A stretch of DNA of 54,085 bases, the filler included, from Porpidia crustulata (lineage: Eukaryota): assembly GCA_964255105.1 (NCBI GenBank). It is 2 parts of 2 records of this genome, joined end to end, with 100 filler letters (N's around TTAATTAATTAA, not from the genome) between each part and the next. Parts side by side here need not be neighbours in the genome. Positions count along the whole stretch, not along the records: positions 1 to 27,008 come from CAXUWE010000033.1; 1 more part is not named here. One strand, written 5' to 3'. The notes under the pieces are model-generated. The model was given only the letters and a program-made list of their open reading frames with translations, was not told the DNA's origin and did no database searches. Positions within the stretch are counted from its first letter, which is position 1. Every line of letters begins with the position of its first letter. Shown one piece after another: positions 1-11,133 of this stretch. The position numbers and the translations under genes are program-made.

Positions 1-358
1 GCTTATAACCCTAACACCAAGCCTCATATAAGTAGCACTAAACCACATTTAGGGGGGTGTACGAGTTGGCAGAGGGGTATATGGTTAGTGACTCCCTTCA
101 TTTGAAACTTCGTTTTTATCTTCTTTGCGTAAAATGTGAACAAGAAGCTTTGCAAAGCGTTTTGCTAAAAAGTAAGGTAATTGTTAATAAAGTTAATATT
201 TCGTACGTGATGTTCTTTGCACGTTGTTAAAATTTACACATTGCAATGCTGTAAATCCATAATGTGAATAATAATATCAATGCCCATGAAATCTCGCGAC
301 AGCAGAGTTTTGCGATCGGGGTTTACAATGGTCCTTTGTTCACGTTAACGCATACCTA

Positions 359-549
359 CTCGTGCTCACCCCTAGTTCGGCCAATCCAGTTTAAGATCGA
401 TCCTGTGACTAACCTTTGTTAGGGTGATCGAGCTAGGGACGTGACCGAACTAGGAGTGAATACCAGCAATTTTAAAATCAATCCTGTAGCCCTAACCCTT
501 GGCACTGTGGCCTTGAAAGGGGGTTGGCCGAAGGAGGGGTGAATGCGAG
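359..549. repeat. Degenerate inverted/direct-repeat element (possible MITE-like or transposon-end relic)
   Basis: Left arm CTCGTGCTCACCCCTAGTTCGGCCAATCC (359-387) is an imperfect reverse complement of GGTTGGCCGAAGGAGGGGTGAATGCGAG (522-549). Partial inverted copies lie at 423-438 and 441-463. Direct repeat TTTAAGATCGATCCTGT (390-406) / TTTAAAATCAATCCTGT (471-487). Confidence 0.45.
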
Positions 550-716
550 CGAGCGCCACAGTCAAGCCGAAGGGGCTTGACTGAGATCTGAGGCAACTGG
601 ATCAATACTGTGATCTGATAGAGGTATACTGAAGCGTGAGAGATTACTCTTTTTGTCGTTAAATGGAATCACACCTTGGCTCAAAATAATCCAATAATCG
701 TTCCGCTGTTCCTCAA

Positions 717-1415
717 ATGCCCCAACGTCAGCGGCCATCACTGCCATTATGTATTGGCCTCTATTACCTCTACTTCTGGCTGACCACACCCATCTCCACC
801 GTTTGGGCGCAGTCCTCCCCTGCAAACTCAACTTCAGCATCGACCTTAGCCATGGTAGTTTCAGGAAACTCGGCCTATGGTTATCTTGGCTGTTTCAACG
901 AGACCACCAGCGATAACTCCACCGGGAACTCGCGGGCTCTGGCCGGCGGGTCCATGGTAACAAGCTTCTTTTCCGCTCTTGTCGCCGGCCTTCGCTTGCT
1001 TCAGTCTTCTACGAAGATTGAAGACTGATACTTGTGGACGCATAGAAAGCATCGGATAGTATGACTGTCGAGCAATGTTTCTCCTTCTGTGGGACCTCTC
1101 AGTACGCCGGCCTGGAGTATGGGCGCGAGTGCTGGTGTGCGCTGCAGCTCAACACAATATCGCAAAAATTACCGGATTCTGCTTGCCAGATCCCATGCGC
1201 AGGGAGAACGACAGAGTTTTGCGGAGGGTCGTTGACGTAAGTTTGAGTGATCCCCCAAATTATAGATCTACAGCGGTGGAGCGCTGATTGTTCTGGTTGA
1301 TAGGCTTACGACTTACCAACGAAAGCCTGGAGCGAAGAGCGTTGCTTCAATCACGAGCCTTCAAGTCGCCTCATTTGCTGCGTCCCTCTTGATGAGTTTG
1401 TATGCTATACTATAA
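717..1415 (+). CDS. Small secreted/cell-surface WSC-domain protein (3 exons: 717-956, 1046-1236, 1304-1415)
   Basis: Hydrophobic N-terminus. Spliced translation gives WSC motifs YLGCF..., MTVEQCFSFC, YAGLEYGRECWC, C...C.G...EFCGG. Introns 957-1045 (GTAACA..CTGAT..TAG) and 1237-1303 (GTAAGT..GCTGAT..TAG). Hydrophobic C-tail suggests a GPI anchor (inference). Confidence 0.88.
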
Positions 1416-2030
1416 TTATTAGAAGACCTCTGGTAAAAGCTTAGTGTAAGATACGGTCAATGTAAAATATATAGGGAGAATCCATTGGACCGAGGATTCT
1501 GTATTCCGGCTCAAGTTATACTCATAGTTTGCAGGAATTCATACTTCATAGACTAATCATAACTGATCTTTACATGCTTGACGTCTATCGATCGATATTC
1601 GACTGGTGGTCATATTCCCGAATGTTGCCGACAGGAATTTTTGACATAGCAGTGGAGACTAAGATTGAGGGATAGGTCACTCACAATTTATGTACTTATA
1701 TAAGATAGCTCTGTACTGAAGGATTCTGTGGGCTTTGACAACAAGTCTGTGATCCCTGCTCTAGATATAATGCACCCAATCATGCGAATCAGGAAATCAA
1801 AAGTTTCACGTGCTGGCTGGACTTCTCCAATAGTATAGCAATGGGCTGGCTACCCAACAACAAGGGAACAATTCGCCCAGAAATATTGTATTAATGACAG
1901 CCTGGCTACAACTGGGTCTCTTGCGTGAGCCTAGGCTTAATTACACGGGATGTCAATTCCTTTGGAAGCGCGGATGATGGAGCAGCTACAAAGTTGCATT
2001 TGGAGTGTTGTTGTCAAGCTACGAAGTAAA

Positions 2031-5000
2031 TCATGATTCGTCAGTCCTGCCGGCACTCCACGGCCCACTGTATCTTCCCCGGTCTCCTTGAAAAACACCC
2101 TTGGGTCTGCGGTAAGTGTAGCCTATGAACGCTCCCTTCCTCCGAATTTCTAGAACTCTCCTTGCAACCTCTTTGTCTCGTAGTACGCGATCACGAGGTC
2201 TCTTCTTCTCTTTGATCCTGGCTGGTTTCATATCTTTACTCTCATCGTTGTGATTCCCATTTTTGTCTAGCGGTTCAGTTGTTTTCAGCTGCAGACTGGC
2301 ATTTTGTGCTCCCTCTGCGCCATCTACCTGTACAGGGCGACCTGCCGCAGCGTTCACCAGCCCATTATCCGGATCTATAGCCTCATTCACCACGGAATAA
2401 CTGGAAATGTCCTCAATATCACTTATTTCTTCATCATCATCGAAATACTTGGTATCTTCTTGGCCTTTTATATCTGGAACGAAGGGTGGCCGTGAGAGGT
2501 GTAAGCGATCCCAAGAGAGGCCGTGAAAGAATGGGTGAGCTTTGATGTCTTCTGCATCGTTCGGATAAACGTAATGTCCCTGGTAGTTTTGCGCTTGTTT
2601 GTCTGCGCGAGTTCTTGTTTGGCCAGTGATCCGACTCGAGAGTTCGTAATCATTTTGACTGTATCTCACGGAGCAGAGACGATGTTCTTTTTCTTGAAGG
2701 ATATTGTTGATAAGATCTCTGGCTTGATAAGAGACCTTTTCTGTTCTCTGTAAATCCCTTTCTTCCGGGAACCGCAAGCTTGTCGCGTTATTCTGGTAGA
2801 CGGGTCAGTTTTGGCGGCGGATTTCATCCTGCAAAGTGAATGCCCACCAAGATGGCCACTTTCGTGTCTTGCCTGTTCTCACAAACGAAGGGGGTATAGC
2901 CATATAAACACTGTTGTAATGTTTTAGCAACTGACTTCATTACGGAAGTGGCTGCCTTCTGACCTCGTAAAGAATTATACCAATACTCCACCAATCACAT
3001 CTTCCATCGTACAGTTCACCACGGATTACCTCTGGAGCCATGTATTGACTTGTGCCAACAATACTCCTGGCTAGCTTACGCTTCTGCTCACGGTTGCGCC
3101 ACTGTATGATTCCTTCGCTGTTATTCGGTCCATCAGACAGTAGTTCTTCATGACGCTCCTTTCGTCCAGTGAGAATACCCCCTAGTGCCATACCCGCTGC
3201 CACACTGGCGCCTTCTTTGCGGTCGAGTGAATCGCCTTCAACCTTAATGCCTAGCCTCTCCATCAAAGAATGCCTATGGTTGTTGTAATAGCTTTGATCA
3301 TGCGCCCAATGGCCGTCAAAGGCAAGGCCAAAATCAGCAATTTTGAGGTGCCCAGATGCAGATATGAGAAAATTATCTGGCTTAACATCTCGGTGGATCC
3401 ACCGAAGTTTGTGTGCTTCTTCCACACAAAGTATCATCTCTGCAATATACCATCTTGCTTTCTTTTCTTTCAGGATATCCTTGCGGAACAAAAGGCCGAG
3501 GAAGTCACCACCGACCATGTAGTCCATGACTAGGTACAAATTCGTGCTGTCTTGAAAGCTAGCAATTAATGGCACAATCCATCTCGAGTTCTCCGATGCA
3601 ACAAGAAAATCTCGCTCAGCACGAAGATGACCTTCCTGGGAATTTCGGAGCATGTCAGACTTGCGAATAACCTTCATGGCATAGACCTGGGCTTTTTGCC
3701 TCTTAGAATGCCGACGATGATATGGTCTCTGGGTATCCAGTGTGGACCTTAAAGCTCCTAAAGCAGTCAGCCTCAGATTGCTGACATCTTCTGTGTGCGT
3801 TTGCCTCCACTTTGGCGTCATTATCGTAGGCTGGCTTTGAGTTGCCATGTTGGAAGACGCTGCATTCTTCTCACGAACAAGCCTCACAACGCCAAAACTA
3901 CCCTTACCAAGTATTTTCACTACTTCGTAGCCAGCTACGGCTACTCCCGAGCACCCAGCAGCCTCATTGGTCCTTGTCTTCAAAATACGAGTCTGCCGGA
4001 GATGCTCACTTTCCTGGTCCACCCAGAAACAGCGCTCTCGCCGCCGCTGCTCTGCCGAGGTTTGTTCTGCTTGCAGGCGCAGCTCAAGCTCACGCCGTCT
4101 AAGCGAACGGGGGCTGGTATGACCGCCAAGTATCAAGTTGAAATGGGTTTCGAAGAAAATTTTGGCGTTCGCTGTTGTCTCCACCGTAATTATTGTGGGA
4201 GAGGCGATGTGCAGTCTTTGGCGGACAGTATTCAATGTCTTATCAGCTAGGGCTTCTCCGAGTTCACTATGTTTCCCTTCGACACCCATCTTCTCACTCT
4301 GTCCGTCAGATTTACGAGATTGCATAGACACGACGTTCGACTCAAGTGAAGTCTGTCCGGTAGAGGGGCCTTTAGAGGACACGCTGCCGCTGGTGAAAAA
4401 ACTTGACGGGTCAGTATCAACCTCAGGGCTAGACGCATGATCGCTGGTTATTACGGGACAAATTAAATTGCCTTGAACACAATGGATGCTGGGTCTTGTA
4501 CGCAGGTTTGGTCGATGGACGACAGTAGGGTTCCCGAACGCTGATGAAAGCTTATGGGAAAGCTGGTGAGCTAAGCCTGGCGTAGAGAAGCTCTTTCGAA
4601 GGCCAGCTTGATTTTGACGCCTCACCTGGAATTCTATAGGCATCAGTCGACATTTGTTGGCGTCATTAGAATGCTCGGTATCCTTGCCGACACACGAGAG
4701 CTCTAATCTACTTCCAGTAATCGAAGGTGACCTAAGGTGATGACTTTCCTTGGCTAATGGAGTAGATGCTCTCGCTGGGTCAGATTCTTCAGCTAGGTAG
4801 AGAGCAGCAAGGGTCTCCGTGCTCGCCTGACAAGTCTCGGAAAGGCTAGCAGCTTCGTTAATGAGGCCAAGAGCGGCATCTCGCTCGTATGGGACATTGG
4901 GGCAGTTCTTGGCTGATTGGATGCCTGGAGATCAAATTAGCTCAGATAACTCGGATTACACTAGAAGCTCACCATTATGTCTCGCTTGAATGCCCACCAT

Positions 5001-5231
5001 AGAAAGCAATTTGGAGCCGCTGCGTTGAATCTTTGCTGTCGCACTCACTCTCCCATCTCTACCCTCAGTGCTGCCATCATCGAATGAAATATTCATCGCA
5101 TGTGGTCCATCAGCAGCACCGTCTGTGGTCTGCATGACGCCATATCCGGTAGATATCTTTCTTTTTAAGGATATATTACCGAATAGGCTTCTTGAGCTCC
5201 AACGCCTTTTTCTTGTCTGGGTGATTGTCAT
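2031..5231 (-). CDS. NDR/LATS-family (AGC) Ser/Thr protein kinase, Cbk1/Cot-1-related paralogue (exons 5231-4973, 4924-2964, 2910-2848, 2792-2031)
   Basis: GKGSFG, YAMKVIRK, HLRAERDFL, HRDVKPDN, DFG, a long activation-loop insert, SIVGTSQYMAPE, micro-exon CLYGYTPF and C-terminal hydrophobic motif FIGYTY. GT-AG introns 4972-4925, 2963-2911 and 2847-2793 keep the frame. The start at 5231 is inferred. Confidence 0.88.
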
Positions 5232-5780
5232 GATGATGCACGACGGAAATATAGCAAGATGCCCTCGAGTGCGTGCGTATGAATGCTGTATTGATGATCT
5301 TTTAAAGAGCGTAAGAGTGGACAAAAGCCGTTGATTAAGACTACCAATGTAAGAACTATCGATTGCGTTATACAAAAATACGACCTTGGACGAGCCTAGA
5401 TTTTCTGAAGTGACTTGTATTGACTACACGGTGCATTCTTTCCTTAGCAATGGTAATTATTCATGTTGAGGAAGGTAGAAGAGGAAAAGGCAAGTGCGAT
5501 CTAATAATAGAGCTACACGCTGGACATCTGCCTATGAAGAGGAACAGCGAACCTTGAGATAAAGGGCGGTAAGCCTCTTATCTCGAGAAACCCTGTTGAT
5601 AGTAACATGAAGCCCGTATATAGAGACTTGACATAAGCCAGTATGAACTTTCCCAAGAGCATCTGGATACTGTCATGCTATGTATGCGTAGTCTGTGGAG
5701 TAAGACCGTAAAGGACTAGTAGGTGTTTTTACTCTAGTTGATCATTACAAGGACTTGCTTAGATCTTCGGTCGACAAACC

Positions 5781-7073
5781 TTATTGTAGGACCTTGCTTG
5801 AAGAATGAGTTTGAATTTCATTGGCTTTCTCCATCGGAAATAACTTCACTTTCCATACGTCAGGGGTGCCCTGACCGGTCGAGTGCATCCGATTTTGTTC
5901 TCTAGTGGCTGGCCCTGGATCTGGTTCTGCGCCATTAGCATCTGTCGTGCAGTGGGACAGGCCTGCCTTCTGCTTTATTAGATGACCCTGGACTCCAGAA
6001 GTATGTTCGCTGGCCAATTTCAAGGATTTGTCGATCTCTTCTGTAAGTAGTGCAATCTGATCCTCAAGCGCATCCCCTTTTCGCTTCTCTCGTTCTAGAG
6101 GGTTTCTAGTACAGTCCAGATTCGGCGCCCGGATGTTACAGATTGCATCCAAGTCTTTCTCCCACCCAAGAGCTGACGTAAGTTTCCTTACCCCATCGTC
6201 ACAATCTCCAAGAAGAAGGACGTCATCTGCGCGACAACCTAGATCACCGACTCTCTCTGAATTGATCAGCAGTCTCGGCACATTCTCTGAACATGAGCTT
6301 GGAAGCGATGCAAATGGCTGTACGGTCAGACTTGTACCCATGACAATGCACAAGTCTGCATACTGCGGCACACCTCGGTTTTGGTGGAAAGCTTCCGGCA
6401 GTCGTTCACCAAAAAAGATGATATCTGGCTTAACGAGGCCATTGCATTGAAGGGCCAGGCAGCGCGGGATCTCCTGACTCGTGATGTTGTTCTTCATCAG
6501 ATCATCAGGATAGAGTGTTTTGCATTCAATACATCGTTGACTAGCAAAACTCCCGTGGGCTTCTACAATGTTCTCTTCAGTAATACCTACTTTTCGTTCG
6601 AGGCAGTCGATGTTCTGGGTGAAAAGTTTTAGGAGAAGGCCCTTGTCCAATAGCAAACGAATGAAAGCATGGGATACGGTAGGCTGATATTTGCCTGGAT
6701 AAAGTTCGCGTGCGAGTGTATAGAAAGGTAGGGGGTTGTCACGGAAGAATGAGATGTCGAATACAGCTTCTGGGTAGGGTAGATCAAGTCTGGCCAGGTT
6801 TGCATAGAGACCCGTGTCTGGAGAGCGGAAATCAGGTATGCCGGCAGATGTGCTGATGCCTGCCCCAGTCTTTCCAAGTTGCACCAAGATGTCAGCCCTG
6901 ATATCGAAGGGCCTGGTCTACCTGGGTAGGTATCTAAAACCTGAACTTACCATCACAACAATTTTGGAGACCCGACCATCGTTGATGTACTTGGCTATAG
7001 CTTCCACGGACCTCGCTTCGAGTGTATGAGGAGGTAAACTCTCATCGATTGGGCTCGAAACTTCTTGACCCAT
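5781..7073 (-). CDS. HST2: NAD-dependent deacetylase sirtuin, Hst2/SIRT2 type (exons 7073-6951, 6869-5781)
   Basis: GAGISTSAGIPDFRSP, FTQNID, EAHGS, Zn-finger cysteines, KPDIIFFGE, GTSL.VQPFASL. Exon 1 MGQEVSS...KIVVM ends at a GTAAGT donor; the intron has a GCTGAC branch and AAG acceptor. Confidence 0.93.
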
Positions 7074-7990
7074 GTTGCACGTTCGGAGAATTGGTCAAGG
7101 ACTAATGCCACCGCTAATCCTCGCTCGTGGTATCTTGAATGGTGAAGAAGGAACAATAGCTCTCCTACGTGCAGGAGTCTCTCTGATGTAGGTGCTCACG
7201 TATTTCCTGAAGAGGCTTGGCCCCTCCGACAATTCTATTGAAGGTACGTGGAGGGGAAAGACTTGATGGGGCAAGAGCATCGATAAGTCGAGCAGATGGT
7301 TGCTCCACTGAGTGTTAGCGTGACTATTTCCGAATATTACCCAATTTGCCCTAGAAAAGTGCTTCAGGATATTCAACAAATAGTAAGAGCATTGGTATAA
7401 GACTTTTTTTGATTTGATTGAGCCCTTTGGGGTAGTCTGATAGCCCGACGCTATTCCAGCATGCAGGTGGCAGCCAGCGGGCCGTGCGGGTTTCACGTCT
7501 TTTATCACCTCGTACCGTATTTTATATCCTCGGACACCCAGAGACCAGATACCTATCCAGATCTTGGACGGTATCCTCAATCATGAACATAAAATATAAT
7601 GGCGTCTTCCAACGAGAATCTATATTCTTTCGTTCGTTTTGAAGCGTTTCTACCTGTCTGCCCGAACGCATCTTGGCCTTGATATTACACCCTTAAGGCT
7701 TCTGTTCCCTGGTATTGGTACTAGGACTGGTGTGAAGGCAAAATCAATCATATGGTTTCATTTCCACATCTCTGTTGCTGACTAGTGATTAGCCCGTAAA
7801 TTTCGCGCTCAAAACTTCGGTCGAACAAGCTCAACTCTCAATTACATGTGTAGCTTCTGCGTTGATAGTGAGATGGCGCTCGTGAAATCTGGTCTTGCCT
7901 TTGGCTCTAACATTTATCACATGAAATGCTAGATTCCGATGATCAACTTGGAAAATATAGGCAGTCTGCGTCTCTGGAGAGCGGGAAAAA

Positions 7991-10444
7991 ATGCCCAGCT
8001 CCCCATTTGGGATCTATGCGGCTACTTCGGTTACACAGATCCGGGACACGCTTGCTCTTCTCAACGAACGTCAAACGTCGGTCACAGCACAGCTGGATGC
8101 TTTAGTTGCGTCTCAGGAAGATTTGTCACGAAAACTTGGCCGGCTGGACTTGTTGCGAGCCCACTTGGGTTCCCAAGCAGTCTCTACAAGGTCTATTAGT
8201 GATAGCCTGCTATCTACCGCTGCTTTTACTGCTAGTAGGATATCAAATGCAGTCAAGCGGCTTGACCTTGAGCAGGCTAGAGTCAAAGGCACTCTAGATG
8301 TCGTGGAACAAGTAGCAGAGTTGAAAGCTTGTGTATTAGGCGTTGCAGGCTCCATGGGAGCTCCTCAAGATTGGGAAACTGCCGCTGGATATCTCAGTCG
8401 GGCTTCCAGAATTCCGAGAGAGATAGTGAATGGCCCCTTTGCTCAAGAAATAGTCCCCACGGCAGAAGTTCCAGATCTCCCAGATGTGACTCTAGATGAT
8501 GCTGCAGCATCTCTCTGTGGACTGTTCCTCCGAGAGTTTGAGAAAGCCGCCCAAGAAGGCAACGGCTCTAAAGTAACTCGATTTTTCAAATTGTTCCCGC
8601 TAATTGGGCGACCTGATGTTGGCCTTGAAGTCTATGGTCGCTATGTCTGCCAAGGGGTTGCTTCCCGTGCAAGAGCTAATATCAACGCCGGCACAGGGGG
8701 CAACCAACTTAAGGGAGGATTCTTTTATTCGAGTGCGTTGACCAAGCTTTTTGAACATGTTGCTCAAATAATTGAACATCACGGTGGGCTTGTGGAACAG
8801 CATTATGGTGCCGGTAGTACGGTGAAGGTCATTGAGCGACTGCAGCTCGAGGCTGACGTCCAAGGAGGAATCATTATCGACACGTGGAGCGATGAAAGAT
8901 CAATTGATCGGAAGCTGACAGATATCAGGTCCTATGCCTTTACGTTTCTGGTACAGAGCTTCCTCCCCGCTCCGCCGCCCAGGAGCGGTACACCGCGAGC
9001 TGGGTCTCCACGGAGCAGGAGTGCAGGACTAGAGGCTCAAGCCTGTATAGAAGAAGGCGTAGATATGAAAGATATTGATGGATTTCTGAATGAGATTGCA
9101 GTAATGTTAGGAAGATGGTCGCTCTACTCAAGATTCATAGCCGCCAAATGCAAGGTATGTATATCTCGCACTCATCGAGGCATTAACTAAGACCTCTTCA
9201 CGTAGGAACCTTGCCAGTCTGCGAAAGAAGGGGTGTGGGAGTCTGAGGTTCCGTTCTTGCTGAGTAACTCAGCCCTGAGCAGGAAGGTCACTGGCAGACT
9301 CATAATACCCTTCAACACCATGACCACATTCTTCTTCCGAAGATCTGTAGAGAAGGCTTTTCAACTTGAGGAGGACCCATATGGACTTTCCTTGAATCCT
9401 AGAAAAGAAATAGATTCACAACCGCCTTACATATCTTCCACAGTCGATGATGTGATGTACATTGTCAATCAAGTCGTTGAAAGATCACTGTCAACATCAA
9501 ATCGAGCCGTTATTGCAAGTGCTATACCTTCCATTGCTCGAGTACTTGACTCTGATTTCATCGGTATGATACAACGCAAGATGCGAGATGAAAGCTATCC
9601 AAAAGCGGCGATCCAAGGAGCACTACCCCCTGAACAAATCATCATCACGTTTCTCGTTCTTGTCAACAGTCTCGACATTGCCACAGAATACGCCAGAAAG
9701 ATTGTCCAATCACGTATACAATATCACCCTGATGTCGAGCATTCAAGGACTACCAAAGGATCTTCAGCGAACGATATAGTGAATTCGTTCCCTTTCGACC
9801 ACGATGCCCAATTTGTAGTGAACTCGCTGAAGTCACTCCAGCATACTTTCGAGAATAAGACTTCCGAACTGATTAATGATGGGATTTTTGTTGTCTTCAA
9901 GAACGTAATAAGACCTCGACTTCGACCAACCATAGCAGACTCGTTTCGTGATGTCGACTATCAAATGACGGCGGAAGAGCTCGAACAAATAAGCAAAGAC
10001 ACCGAAGCCGAGGACGTTGATGAGGTTGCAGTCGAATCCATAGTACCCCGTGTTTTTGTGCGAGGTTGGATCGCCTTAACAAAACCTCTGGCTCGCATCA
10101 TGACCGCTCCTACATATGAGAAGTTGCTCGTAATTATAGTTTCCTATCTTGGCGAAGTCTTGGAAAAACGCGTATGGAGCTACTACGGACGATTGAACGA
10201 CATTGGTGCCGTGCGTTTGGAGCGTGATATCGCCAGTATTGTCAGCATTGTAGTGGGAGGAGGCAGATATGGACTTCGCGATGCTTTTGCAAGGTGCACT
10301 CAGATCTGTCTAGTCATGAACATGGAGGGAGACGAATGGGATGAACTACAAAACGCGCCAGGAGGAGCAGATGGAGATGGGATCCAGTGGAATATCGATA
10401 GGGAGGAGCGGACGAGAGCAAGGTCAATGGTGCGGCGAAACTGA
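7991..10444 (+). CDS. COG4: Conserved oligomeric Golgi complex subunit 4 (exons 7991-9154, 9206-10444)
   Basis: Fungal COG4-like segments (LDLEQARVK, GAPQDWE, VTRFFKLFPLIG, GAVRLERDI, LRDAFARCTQI). Intron 9155-9205 (GTATGT..CTAAG..TAG) joins the two ORFs in frame. Confidence 0.85.
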
Positions 10445-10799
10445 AGAGTTTCCAGCGGGGAATGATTTCTCACCACTTCGTCTTTTACGATGGTATCTTG
10501 GCTGCTTGGAAGCTTGCAGATAGAAGTTCATGGGTGCGAAACCTCAACGAAGGACCTAGCATCTATTTCTAGTCTTTGCGTGATTACACTCCTGGGGCAT
10601 TGCATCTATTATCAACGTTGGATTTCAGGACGCGCTTAGCCATGACCGATGAAGGCTAAGAATTATTCATATACTTATAACCATGAAACACCATGGGTGC
10701 TCCCCTATCTGAAACTCTTGAACGGTCGAAGGCTTGTGCTCAGTCATCGAGTTCACCAGTTCACCATTTGAATAAAATGATGAGAATAATATAATACTC

Positions 10800-10827
10800 T
10801 AAGATAAGATAAGATAAGGTAAGGTAG
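10800..10827 (+). repeat. Short (TAAGA)n tandem repeat containing three GATAAG hexamers, upstream of SUA5
   Basis: TAAGATAAGATAAGATAAGGTAAGGTAG read directly from the sequence. Confidence 0.7.
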
Positions 10828-11133
10828 TTGTCCAAAATCTCGTTATTGCGCCAGTATACCCATTTTACGTGTTTCGGAACATTCAGAAATTTCTGGGAAA
10901 ATGGTCAAGCAGTCAACCTCTCAAATCACTGTCATTCTGCGTTCTGGCGTTACGGAGAGCTTCAACAGTCATTCCATGCTATCCTTGACAGGATTGACGT
11001 TTAGGAAAGCCTCAAAGTGCAGATTATCGCAATCTTCACAACCATAGCTATCTACCCTCGATGCCATACCCTGTATCGGGTAGAACGTACTACAACCAAT
11101 CTGTCTCACACCACACTAGGAGCTATACCAATA

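Noticed and set aside
6..500. Telomere-like CCCTAA words (TAACCCTAAC at 6-15, CCCTAACCCT at 490-499) as telomere or telomerase RNA template
   Set aside because: Only about 1.5 units each, no tandem array, and no recognisable telomerase RNA context before the WSC gene at 717.
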